Positions 12,340 through 25,292 of a stretch of DNA of 64,000 bases are shown here, piece by piece. The stretch is taken from positions 71,176,001-71,240,000 of the forward strand of contig OZ024743.1 in NCBI GenBank assembly GCA_964016885.1, written 5' to 3'. A program made the translations under genes and the position numbers. Each line of letters opens with the position of its first letter. The stretch's first letter is position 1. The notes below the pieces were generated by a model. It worked only from the letters and a program-made list of their open reading frames with translations. It was not told where the DNA came from and did no database searches. Source of the DNA: Eledone cirrhosa (taxonomy: Eukaryota).

Positions 12340-13930
12340 ACACCAACCCACCGAGGAGATCCTGGCTGCTCTGCGGCTCAAACACCCTGAGCCACCCACT
12401 GATCTCAGACTCACACCCCCACTCGACCCTCACCTGCTCCTTGTGGTTACTGATGCAGATATCATATCCGCCATCAGGTCCTTCCCAGCTAGCAGCTGCA
12501 GAGGTGTTGATGGTCTCCGACTAGGCCACCTCAAGGAGTTGACATCCCCCCTCTCCGCTGAGGCCGGGCGTCGCCTTCTGAGTGCAATTGTGGCGCTCAC
12601 CAATAGGCTCATTCATTGTGCCCTCGACCCTTACTCCCGAGGCCTCTTTTTTTCGGCCAGCCTCACCGCTCTCAGGAAGAAAGAGGGTGGCATACGCCCC
12701 ATTGCTCTGGGCAATGTCTTCCGGAGGCTCTTCCAGCTCTCTTTCTGCTGAGGAACTGCTTCACCATGCCGAAGCTCCTCTATACACTCCGCAGCGCTCT
12801 GTGTTACACCCAGACAGCTCTCCTCGCTGACCTCGATACTTGTATCCGAGCAGCAGCCGAGAGAATATGCAACGCCAAGTTTGACAACATAGGGTGGCAA
12901 CAGGCCACTTTACCGGTCAGATATGGCGGCCTAGGCATCCGATCCCCGATCTCACTAGCTTTGCCGGCGTATCTTTCGTTGGTAACCTCGTGCCGCGTCC
13001 TCGTCAGCAGGGTTCTTCAAAACACAACATAACCCTCTGTGTTCAGAGAACGTGAGGTCGCCTGTGAGAAGTGGGACCGGCTGGGACTTAGCCTAGTAGA
13101 CGTCCCTCCTCCTTCTTCCCCTGTTGACGTCAAGTCCCCCCTCCCCAACGCACTTGGGATGCCATCCAGTGCAGCCTGGCCTCAGACAGGCTCACGCGCC
13201 AGCTCGACCAGCACCGCCTTGCTTGTTTTCGTGCGGCCTCCAAACCCCACAGTGGTGCCTGGCTCCATGCTCTGCCCTCCTTCTCCACTGGCACGCAGCT
13301 AGACAACCATAGCCTGCGAATCTGCGTTTCCCTGAGGCTCGGCCTCCGGATCTGCCAGCCACACCAGTGTCGCTGCGGTTCCACCGTGGACTCTTTCGGC
13401 CTCCACCCGCTTTCCTGTTGCTACAGTGCCGGCCGCATTCCACGCCATACTGCCCTCAACGAGGTCATTAAGCATGGCTTAGACGCTGCAGGCTTCCCTT
13501 CCCAGCTCGAGCCGGTGGGGCTGGATCGAGGGGACGGCAAAAAGCCAGATGGCATGACCATCTTCCCGTTCCGCCGTGGCAAACCCCTCGCCTGGGATGC
13601 CACTTGCACCGATACTTTCTGCAGCCGCAACCTGGTGCAGTCTGCGACTGACCCAGGTTCTGCTGCACGTCGGGCTGAGGGGGCCAAACTCCTCAAATAC
13701 CGGTCGCTCTCCGACAGGTTTGCAGTCGTTCCCATGGCAGTGGAAACTTCTGGTGTCCTCGGCCCCAGGGCTACCTCCTTACTCACCACCATAGACGCTG
13801 AGCTGGCCAGCCGCAGGTGAGCCCCGCGAGCTGGAGTGGCTTTTCCAGCGCGTCTCCCTTGCCGTCCTCCGGGGAAACGCCTTCTCCATTCTGTCCACCG
13901 GAGCTGTGGGTGGGCCCCATCGCGTACCAA
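12340..13930 (+). mobile_element. CRE-clade non-LTR retrotransposon (RT + restriction-like endonuclease), internally deleted
   Basis: AIRSFP..GVDGLR..HLK, ALRKKEGGIRPIALGNVFRRL, WQQATLPVRYGGLGIR, HPLSC..RH, KPDG..LAWDATC motifs; RT core absent at ~12730; stops and frameshifts. Confidence 0.9.
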
Positions 13931-14587
13931 TACATTAGTTAAATACCATTCTTTCATCGTTACAACTTATATCCACATTAATGACGTATTATCTTTGTTG
14001 TCACTGTACATCTGTAATGTTATTTATACAACCGCGAATAAAATAACTCGTAGACTAAAATTCTATTTAGGAAACCGAACTTTAGAATTAAGAATAAAGT
14101 AAATAAAATACAGAGGTAATTGAAATTAAATATATACATACACGCATCCAAATACGTACATACACAGGCATACGCGAAAACACTCGCCATAGGAATGCAA
14201 ATTCAAGCACGTACACAAAAAAACACAAAAAAAAAAAACACGCACGCAAACACAGAACTCACGCAACGCCTTTACCCACACACATACGAACGTATACATC
14301 AAATAAGAATATATATAAAAACAGAAAAAATGAAACGAAATTTCATTTCTCACTCTAATTACGGCTGTTACTTAAATATAAGTATGTATACGTACATACA
14401 TATATGTATACAGACGTACAGTAGTATGTATATATATATACATACATGCACACATATATATATATATATACGTATGGATTCACCGAACATTTATTATAAT
14501 GCTCGGTGTGTTTGTAAACAAACATCCCGAATTAAGCCGTAGTGTCTAGCAACCATCGTTGCTCATTTGTTCAACCCTGACAAAGGA

Positions 14588-14630
14588 ACGCTGTACTAGT
14601 TTCAAGCTTATTAGCTATCGTCAGCAACGT
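14588..14630 (-). ncRNA. Minimal hammerhead ribozyme (left arm)
   Basis: Reverse complement of the 14790-14832 motif. Confidence 0.8.
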
Positions 14631-14789
14631 ATACCTTCCTGCCAGATGGTTGAACGTCTGAAAGTATAAACTTTCCTTATGCATATTAACGGCTGAGCAA
14701 CCTAATATGCATAAGGAATATGCTCAGCCGTTAATATGCATAAGGAAAGTTTATACTTTCAGACGTTCAACCATCTGGCAGGAAGGTAT

Positions 14790-14832
14790 ACGTTGCTGAC
14801 GATAGCTAATAAGCTTGAAACTAGTACAGCGT
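14790..14832 (+). ncRNA. Minimal hammerhead ribozyme (right arm)
   Basis: ACGTTG CTGACGA T AGCT AATA AGCT T GAAA CTAG TA CAGCGT; 6-bp stem I, palindromic ACTAGT stem III, GUA site. Confidence 0.82.
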
Positions 14833-15119
14833 TCCTTTGTCAGGGTTGAACAAATGAGCAACGATGGTTGCTAGACACTACGGCTTAATTCGGGATGTTT
14901 GTTTACAAACACACCGAGCATTATAATAAATGTTCGGTGAATCCATACGTACATATATATATGTGTGCATGTATGTGTATATATATATATACACATACTA
15001 CTGTACATCTGTATACATATATTTAAAGGAACGATCGACTTTCGTCAAATCGGACCGAGGGAACAATGTTTCCGTTGGTCTTTCCAATTACTAATACTAT
15101 CTATCAGTCGCAACTCCAG

Positions 15120-15235
15120 GTAGAAGGAGCAACGTGAAATAAAGTGTCTTGCTCAAGGACATAACGCATCGCCTCGTCCAGGAATCGAACTCACAACCTT
15201 ACCATTGCGAATCCAATCAGCCACACGCCTTCACA
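15120..15235 (-). mobile_element. CORE-type SINE 5' fragment
   Basis: GGAGCAACGTGAAATAAAGTGTCTTGCTCAAGG...GGAATCGAACTC. Confidence 0.75.
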
Positions 15236-15398
15236 TATATGTATGTACGTATACATACTTATATATATAAAAACATATATACATATACATGTGTGTGTGT
15301 GTGTGTACATGTATACATAATTAAATAAACGTATATAAATATACACACATAAATACGTATATAACGCGTGTACACACATATCTACATGTGAGAGAGAA

Positions 15399-15436
<38 letters not shown>

Positions 15437-15453
15437 GGGGGAGGGAGAGATAG

Positions 15454-15529
<76 letters not shown>

Positions 15530-16199
15530 TTGTGAATAATCTCTTATGCACCCGTTTAACGGAACTGAAATAGAAAAAACTGTATGTAATAAAACACTGT
15601 AGTTCCTGCTGCACCCTCTCATTAACTTTGGCTGCACGGGTCACATAATACTAACTGATGTTAGATATACCAGTTGATTTCTCATTAATAAATCTTTATT
15701 GTATTCTATTTGAAACCTGATCTGTAAATATAATATATTAGCAATGAGGTGAGTCAATTAGAACAGTTTGTCCCGGTGGAGGCCACATTAAAGGAAATGA
15801 AATGTTCTTTTTTTTCTATCTTGTTTAGTAATATGATCCAACTGAACGTATATACTTCAAAATCTATTTGCTGGATTTAGCCATATTAATTCTTCTTCTG
15901 CTTCTTACTGTGAAATCCCACGGCGATCTTTGCCTTTCATCTTTCCCCTGGACGATATATAGATTTCCAGTGAGATAAATTTCGAGGTCGATAAATAAAG
16001 TACCAATCCAGTACTAAGGTTGATTCTTCCTCTATATCTCTTTCTCAATTCTTCTTTCTCATACTGTCTTTCTCTGTTAGAAATCGACTGTGTTCAGACC
16101 TGGAGAAGGGATTTGCTCCCTAGGTTTAAAATGCCCAAGAAATGCCGTATATCACAACGTTGCCCTACGACTCCAACAGGAAATATATTTGTATTATTT

Positions 16200-16342
16200 A
16201 TAGAGTTACGGCCCTTTGCGGTTTGAGTTCAAATCCTGCCGAGGTTAACTTTGTCTTTCATTCTTACGGGGGTCGATAAAATAAAATACCAGTAATGCAC
16301 TGGGATAATTGCTGGCCTTGTGCCAAAAGTAGAAACAATTAT
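16200..16342 (+). mobile_element. Nin/Deu-domain SINE
   Basis: Same family as 2315-2488. Confidence 0.85.
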
Positions 16343-16934
16343 TTTTTAATTTGGGTCTCTATTAATTTCAGTCGGTCATTGAATGTTCTCTGGAATAAAA
16401 ATGAAAGATAGAATCTTCAAAATATTTAAGGGACCGATCTTTATTCACCTTTGTGAGCTCCGAGAGATGGAGTGGCTGTTTCAACGCGTCTCCGTCGTCG
16501 TCAACCGTGACAATGTTATTCTCCATCCTGTCGACTGGGATCCAGTGACGGGGGAAAGGTTAGTTGGTGGTGGAGGATATTCGTTCGGACATCACTTTCT
16601 ACAACTAAAGTATATTTACAGTTACTATCTTAGTAATGAAACAATTAAGAATGTACTAACAACATTTGAATATGTTTCGTCTAATCCTAAACTGGAAGAT
16701 AGGACAAGATACATGAGCACCTGCTGTGTTTGGTTTGTGAGTTTCTATTTTCATCTTATATATTTGGTCGACTCTCTTGTCAGCTTAGTTTACTTAACTA
16801 TCGAAAAAGATTCTAAGATGTTAGTTCAAAAGATACTCTCGTACATAAACCTGCTATAAAGCTGGTCGAAACAGCGGCATGTTGGACCAGAAGTTTTAAC
16901 AGGTTGATGTGTTTTTTTTTGTTTTTTTTTGAAT

Positions 16935-17312
16935 TGCCACTTGCAGCGACACTTTCTCCAGCCGCAACCTGGTGCCGTCTGCAACTAACCCAGGTACTGC
17001 TGCACGTCGGGCTCAGGAGGATAAACTCTCCGAGTACCGGTCGCTCTCCGACAGGTTCGCGGTCGTGCCCTTTGTAGTGGAGACTTCTAGTGTCCTCGGC
17101 CCTAGAGCTACCTTCCTATTTACCACCATAGGCGCTGAGTTAGCCGCAGGTGTGAGCCTCGAGAGTTGGAATGGCTCTTCCAGCGCATCTCCCTTACCAT
17201 CCTCCGGGGTAACGCCTTCTCCATCCTGTCCTCCGGGGCTGTGGGGAGGCCAGCACGTGGGACCTCCTTTGCTCATCATACAGATTAATAGGCAAAGTTA
17301 TAAACTATTGTG
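16935..17312 (+). mobile_element. CRE-clade 3' fragment
   Basis: SATNPGTAARRA..YRSLSDRFAVVPFVVETSSVLGP; homologous to 13598-13915. Confidence 0.88.
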
Positions 17313-17599
17313 AATAATTGTTTCTACTTTTGGCACAAGGCCAGCAATTCCCAGTGCATTACTGGTACTTTATTTTATCGACCCCGTAAGGATGAAAGTT
17401 TTAACATATGTTTCTAATCCAAAGTTTCGAGATCAAGTGGTCAATTTTGATCATTTCTTCTTCTTCTTTTGTTAAAATATATACTAGAATTCTGTTTAAT
17501 GGACCAGGGGTTTCAAACTCAAGGACTCAAATCGTCCATTACGTCCTGGAGAAGTGGCACAGTAGGATGAGAGTGGGAACATCATATCATTTTTCTTCA

Positions 17600-17810
17600 C
17601 CCTTATTCCTGAGAGGGTCGTGGGGGCAGAGTCCTCAAACACTCTTTCCAGCGGGTTCTGTCAGAAGCAACCGTCTTCAACTGATCCGGATGGATCCCCA
17701 AGTGAGACCAACTAAGCTCATGGACGTTATCTTGCTTTGGGGTCTACTCCTGGGTCTCCTGGAGGTGGGCTTTGCCAGTAAAATCTGTCCAGCGTGATTT
17801 CCACCAGTTA
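17600..17810 (-). mobile_element. RTE LINE 3' fragment
   Basis: Homologous to 1600-1815. Confidence 0.75.
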
Positions 17811-18230
17811 TGAGGCTATAATCTATCTATACATCTATACATATATATAAAACTGTAGTTGTCTGTGCGCGCTCGCGCGTGTCCCCCCCCCCCTCATTTT
17901 TGCAAAGTCTATACAAATCCACATTTATACTCCGATTGACTTCAAACTTGCATTTATATATTCCTTGCGGTCTAAAGATATTAACTGCAGCTTTTATTTT
18001 CCAATTTTCTGTTGTTAAAGGGGTGTTAGCCGCCGGTTATCGATCTCGGTCGCGCCCTTATAATATCTGTCTGTATGCCTGGCTGTCTGCATAACGACAT
18101 TATGACCAACACGTCATTGCTGACGTATTATATTCACCACATCATACAACACACACACACACATATATATATATACATATACATGTATATATACACATAT
18201 ATATACACATACACATATACATACATATAT

Positions 18231-18338
18231 ATAGGAACAAGTAAGACCCCGACGGCTGAGCTCAAGCCGTTTCGACGGCTAATTCTGGACGGCTAATTAT
18301 GGTCCACCTGGTTCCTTACCACTTTTCCTTCGTTACAC
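18231..18338. mobile_element. pLTR remnant with hammerhead 3' half
   Basis: Minus strand CGAAA CGGCT TGAGCTC AGCCG TC GGGGTCTTAC; same family as 22355-22475. Confidence 0.6.
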
Positions 18339-18352
18339 CCCCCCCCCCCCCC

Positions 18353-18409
<57 letters not shown>

Positions 18410-18412
<3 letters not shown>

Positions 18413-18690
18413 GGAGGCACGTGGCCTAGTGGTAAGAGTGTTGGACTTACGATCATAATGTCGTGGGTTCGATTCCAGGGCTGCGTGTTGTGTTCTTGAG
18501 CAAAACACTTCATTTCACGTTGCTCCAGTATACTCAGCTGAAAATGAGTACCAGCAATAGCCGGAGGTTAAACCCTGCGATAGACTGGCGTCCTGTCCAA
18601 GGGGGAGTCTTGTACTCTCAGTTGCTTCACACCATGAAACCAGGATAAGCACCGGCCAAATGAGCCTTCTGGCTTAAGACAGACTTTTTT
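18410..18690 (+). mobile_element. Full-length CORE-type SINE (young)
   Basis: tRNA A/B boxes TGGCCTAGTGG and GGTTCGATTCC; similar to 7700-7976 and 58005-58285. Confidence 0.9.
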
Positions 18691-18999
18691 TTAGATATAT
18701 ACACAGATACTTATATATAAATATACACATAAAAATCTATCTATCTATCTATCTATCTAGGGCGGGTAAAATTCCCGAAATCCATGGACGAGTTCTCTCC
18801 AGCGTGGGTTTTGGCCGTGTAAAAAAGGTTATAACGAGAAGATAGAAATATAGAGAAATTCAAAAATTCCGCAATAGGGGGGAAACTTCCGAGAGTCACT
18901 CGTGGCGAAAACCACACAAAAGACCACGCTGACCACCAGGGCAAGCGCCCTCTCTCAGTTTTCCACCCCTCAGTCTACAGGCGCATAATCAGAGCGGGC

Positions 19000-19485
19000 C
19001 CGGTCAAGCGCCGGAAATATGAAGCAGTGACAGGAGCAAAGTTAAACCAGGAAAAGTCGGTGGGCTTGCAGCTCGGCACTTGGAGAGGCAAGTCCATGCT
19101 GCCCGACCGGTTAAATTGCTCGGGGTCTGGTTCGGTCCCGACCTCCAGATGGAGAAAAATTGGAGCGAGGTGACAATCAGGGTGGCTTCTCTCACTCAGA
19201 AATGGGCCGAGAGGAAGCTGTCCCTGAGAGGTCGGACAGAGGTGGCGAATGCGTTCATCGCATCCGCCATCTGCTACCTCTTAACCGTTGTGCCTTGTCC
19301 CGGCCTAAATCTGACAAAAATACAGCGCCTCCTCTTCCGCTTTTTATGGAAGGGACGTGCTCGTATGGTCAGACGATCCATCTACTGTCAACACTCGTTG
19401 CGTGGAGGGATGGGCATGCCGTGGCTGATGATGCGCAAATACACGCTGAGGCTGCGACATCTCTGGTGCTTTCTTGACGGTGCAA
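19000..19485 (+). mobile_element. Tx1/L1-clade LINE RT C-terminal fragment
   Basis: VKLLGVWFG..NW..W..RKLSLRGR..N..I....Y..FRFLWKG..GGMGMP. Confidence 0.85.
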
Positions 19486-19616
19486 AAATGAGGACACACA
19501 CACACAGACAATTTCACTTTTATATGTATGTATAGATATACATACTTATACAAACACATATGCACATATATATACACATATACATATATATAAATATACA
19601 CATAAAAACTATCTAT

Positions 19617-19838
19617 CTAGGGCGGGTAAAATTCCCGAGATCCATGGATGAGTTCTCTCCAGCGGTCTCTGTCCCTCATTATCGCTGCCATGTCTTGCGT
19701 CTCCAACAGACCAGTGTCTGTCTTTAGGGCATCAACATATGTTAACTTCAGTCTTCCTCTTCCAGTGTGTCCATGCAGGGGCTCCCACAGAAGCACTGAG
19801 TTCAGTGTCAACTCTGGATGTCGGTGAGCATGTCCAGT
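19617..19838 (-). mobile_element. RTE LINE 3' end (family of 54401-55855)
   Basis: LLWEPLHGHTGRGR..TYVDAL..RDRWRELIHGSREFYPP; (GATA)n tail; short duplicate at 18757-18804. Confidence 0.9.
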
Positions 19839-21029
19839 TCGTGAGTTTTAACAGGCACTCACAAATAAACGTTTCTCATTGGAGGTGTTATTACTAATCT
19901 TTTTACTCGTGCAACGACGGGATACACTGCTAGTCTGCAATATAACTGATAAGCTACTATTTATTCTTTTTCATCAAAATATAGATACATGGTAATAAAT
20001 GGGATATGTGAATTAGTACAAAATTTAGAGTGACATATTTTCCTGAAATCCGTTTTTATGTTTTGTAAATTTCCTTTTTTCTGTTAACTATTTTGATAAA
20101 TATATTTTTTCCATTTTATTGTATTTTATGGGTAAATTTCATTACGTTGTACTATAAATATTATTAACACAGTGGAAAACAAAATTGTTCGGCCGCGGGC
20201 CATTCAAAATAGTTTGTGAGTCGCGTGTTGAGACCCCTTCAATACACTATATCTTCGGCAATAATTCTACTTTGTCCCCCCCCCCCCCATTAAACGAAAT
20301 CGATATTATATTTTCCATAGTAACGACTCATTGTTCTCGGTGACTGCTCACAAACAAATGAATTTAATCTTATAATTTATCGTCAGGATAATATTACAAA
20401 CAATGAAAATTTATCCGAAAGAGATGTTTTTAATTCAATTATGAGTGCATCTAATTAATCAATTAATTAGTATTCCTGACCGCTAATGGAAAGTATCACA
20501 TGAACTGTATCAAATACTTAAACAAAACCTTAAGTAGCTATATGATACAGCGATTCAGGTTCAACGGAAAGGCGCCAGCACATAATACCATAGAATGTCC
20601 CTGGAGACAAGGCAACGTACATGGATATTGTCAAATCGCAATGAGGAGCCTGACATCACCAGGGAAAATATAACGTTAATATATTTGAATAATCTATGGC
20701 GTGAAAGGTCTTTAAACCAAATGACGGTCATGCTTTAAACAGTTAGTAATCATCTGACATATAATATTAATACAATCCTCATGTTCCTATATGTTGCTAT
20801 GGGACATAATCTTTCTCTCAAGAGATAATAAAAACATTTTCAAAACACAAATCATTAAAGGTTCTCATTTATTGTTCTTAACGGAGAGTGGAAGTTTAAG
20901 TTTACCTTTTAGAAATTATTTATTTTTATGACCTTCATTTCTGAAGTTCAACTGGGGCTTTTTGTGTAAAAAATACTGCTCCTATATCAGTATCATGTAC
21001 ATACCTATTTATACACACATATTACATAC

Positions 21030-22260
<1,231 letters not shown>

Positions 22261-22354
22261 CATACACACACACAGAACTCAGGGTTCAATATAATATATA
22301 TATATATAATCTCTCTCTCTCTCTCTATCTATCCATCTATATATATATATATAT

Positions 22355-22475
22355 ATAGGAACAAGTAAGACCCCAGGGGTCTTACTTGTTCCTATTACCC
22401 ACTCTACTACCCTAAGTATTGAGTACTTTGGTGCGTTATGGTCCACCTGGTTCCTTACCACATTTCCTTCGTTAT
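22355..22475. mobile_element. pLTR remnant with perfect 20-bp hairpin (1-nt spacer)
   Basis: ATAGGAACAAGTAAGACCCC A GGGGTCTTACTTGTTCCTAT, then a TATTGAGTACT-containing tail, embedded in (TA)n. Confidence 0.75.
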
Positions 22476-22539
22476 ATATATATATATATATAGAGAGAGA
22501 TTACAATAATCAAAGTTCAGTTTAAGTCATTTATTTGCT

Positions 22540-23960
22540 TACAATTGTTTCCTCCAAACCGAGGTTTGGATTCTTCGGAGCAACTATTTACTGATCTATA
22601 ACATACTTGACCTCCTTTTCAACCAAGAGACATATAAAGCACAAGAGACATATAAAACATATGCGCATATTGATCAACAGTGGGGTGACATTCATCAAAT
22701 GATATAGCATGGCAATTTACATATAGAGGTTACAGGATGAAAATAAAAATAAAAATAAAAATAAAAACAAAAATGAAAATAAATATAAGCATGAAGCGTT
22801 GGCAGTCTATGAAGATAAAGCAAGAGGAAAGTTTAGAGTAGTCAGTGTATGAAACAATCTCACGTGTAGCATGCACGCGTGTCTTATTTATACATGATTA
22901 GAGTGCGTCAGAATGATATTTGCAGGGTCAGGCAGTTGAAGCAGGCAATCGATCTTATTATGTGGGCTGAATTATTAAGTCATTTATTCGCATACATCTG
23001 TATGATATACAGTCCCGGAAGCAGGGAAACACCAAAATATCAAAAACTCTCAACATATTATAAACCTTATTGTATCGTAGGCAAAGCCGTACCACTGTCT
23101 TCGCTCACACCACCACTCACATAATCCATGAGACGCAATATATAGAACACGTGTCTATCGCATAATTCACGATGGTTCAGCATATAATCAAGTTATAAAG
23201 CGTATCTTGACGGTTCTTAATTAATAGATCATGTTGTTTAGATTCCGGAAGTGTCTGAATGACTAAGGGGAATTAAAGCGTAAGGGGAGGTAACTAGCTG
23301 GTTTTCTTAGTTAAATTTATTATCCTAAACTACATTAATGGTGATTCAAATACGTGCCTATCATATGAAGTTACAACTAATTTCTAGAGTATGTTTCCCA
23401 TTTATAGGTTAGAGAGCTGTCCATTAAGAAGTACAAGGGTGTATATATTAGGATGATTACCTTCCATTAAGGGGTGTCATAACTGAACATTCTATAAGAG
23501 GAGTCAGACTCCCAAATCACTGTTCCATGCAAATGTAATATAACAGTAGGACCTGGCATGGTCCCACTATTGTATATGGCACCCGGTAGGCTCTGGGTCA
23601 TTGTATGTCTGAATCTCCAGTAAATCTGAATACCTTCGGGATGGTCCGGAGATCAAATTTCTCATATAGGCACTAGTCTGGCCATCAAGCAATAGAATAC
23701 CCCCATCTCATATATAAATTAATTAGGTATCACACCCACAAGTTAGAGTGGAATCTATCAATAGGTACTAAAGGAGTTCATATGATGATTACAATCTGGA
23801 GATTAAATCTCTCATACCGGGACCCCTGTCTGGCCACCAAGCAATGCACAAACTCCCATCCCACATATAAATCAGGTATCCCATCTACAAGTTGGAGTGG
23901 AGTCCATTAATAAGTACTAAAGGGGTTCATATCATAAGTACTAAAGGGGTTCATATCCTT
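22540..23960 (-). mobile_element. Possible old LINE remnant
   Basis: Weak DLGV-like motif near 23510 and a ~140-bp internal duplication (23680-23790 / 23826-23930); no clean ORF. Confidence 0.3.
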
Positions 23961-24129
23961 AATACTATATATATATATATATCTTCATACATGTATGTGT
24001 GTATGCACCAAGCGAGAGATATGTATATAGATAGAGAGAGAAAAGGGAAGGCCATGTGTTGCTGAGGTAACAGAAAGAGGTAAGTAGACAAAAGGTTATA
24101 CTGTCTCCCTCATCTAGTATATATAAATA

Positions 24130-24690
24130 TACTAACAGTGGTACCCAGCGTTGTACGGGATAAGGTATTTCTGATGGCTGGATAATCTTTAAGATTTTCC
24201 TCGATGAAGCAGGAAAAATGCAGGTTTTCACCTAATGCGGGCCCTAGGAGATCAAGAAAAGGAATTTTTTTTTATGTGCATAATATGCCTTGAAATTTCG
24301 GGAAAATCGGCTAGACGTAACGCCTCAAAAAGACCAAAAAAGCTGAAAAAATGAAGTTTTTCACTTAATGTGGGCCCTAGGCCATAAAAAGTTGGATTTT
24401 CTTTGCTCACAGTATGAAGAAGAGACTGACTAATACATAGTTACAATTTCAAGAAAATCGGTCAGACGTAACGCCTCCAAAAAACCCTAAAAAGCTGAAA
24501 AAACGCAGTTTTTCACCTAATACGGGGATAAAAAAGTTGAATTATTTTATGTGCATAACACGCCCTGAACCATAAGTAATACACATGTAAAGTTTGAAAA
24601 ATATCGGTTAGGTACTTCTCGAGTTTTAGGGATTCAAACTTACAGACACACACACACACAGACAGACATAATCAGTTTTATATATATAGA
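24130..24690 (+). mobile_element. Helentron/DINE-like non-autonomous element
   Basis: Start ACTAACAGTGGTACCCAGCGTTGTACGGG; internal ~130-bp repeats; end (CAGA)n..CAGTTTTATATATATAGA. Confidence 0.7.
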
Positions 24691-25195
24691 CTAGCAGAAA
24701 ACCACCCGGTGGGCGGTTTTCTGCTAGCAAATCTAGTGTATATACTGATATTGTTGAGATTTGGATGAGAAATGTTTTCGGCACCACATGTTCACCGTCT
24801 TCCGGTGTGTCTTTTATGCATGTATAAATATATATGTTATCTATACGGTGAAATCTTTGCAATAAATATATGTTAAAACGAAAAAGGAGAAAAAGAGATT
24901 AGTGACGGAAATATAAACGTTATGATACATAAACGTTATGATATAACGATGGAAATATATCTTAAAATGGTCCTTGGCATGGTGTCAAGTCAGAACCGCC
25001 TCGAACTGGTTACTTCTGGCTTGTGCAAGGTGTCTCGATAGCAACCAGCGATTCCCTCGGCCTCAGTGACCAAAGTCAGTGGAGAGGGGAAAGTAATGTT
25101 TCTATAGCGACAGTGTTTCTCTTGGTAGTACCAAAGTGGAGAAAGGAAGGGGAAGGTAATATTTCTGTAGCACCTACATTTGAGTTTTAGGGAAG

Positions 25196-25229
<34 letters not shown>

Positions 25230-25247
25230 GAAATGCCCATATATTTC

Positions 25248-25292
<45 letters not shown>

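Larger units (their letters stand above)
14400..15022. repeat. ~620-bp near-perfect palindrome of two inverted PLE pLTRs
   Basis: Arms 14400-14699 and 14721-15022; 21-nt spacer. Confidence 0.93.
17820..19934 (-). mobile_element. Helentron/DINE-like non-autonomous element with nested inserts
   Basis: Minus-strand start ACTAGCAGTGTATCCCGTCGTTGCACGAG (19934) and end ..CAGTTTTATATATATGTATAGAT (~17830), as in the 24130 and 27670 copies. Confidence 0.55.
17505..20239. mobile_element. hAT (Charlie-like) MITE shell split by nested insertions
   Basis: Left end CAGGGGTTTCAAAC, right end GTTGAGACCCCT with GGCCGCGGGCC subterminal motif; decayed 8-bp TSD TAATGGAC/CAATACAC. Confidence 0.5.

Noticed and set aside
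16383-16859. 158-aa ORF
   Set aside because: Chimeric: contains a CRE 3' fragment (REMEWLFQRVS) plus unrelated sequence
18410-18485. tRNA gene
   Set aside because: The tRNA-like head runs into a SINE body with multiple dispersed copies
20520-20680. Possible host exon in unique sequence
   Set aside because: Short open frames on both strands with no recognisable homology; cannot be supported
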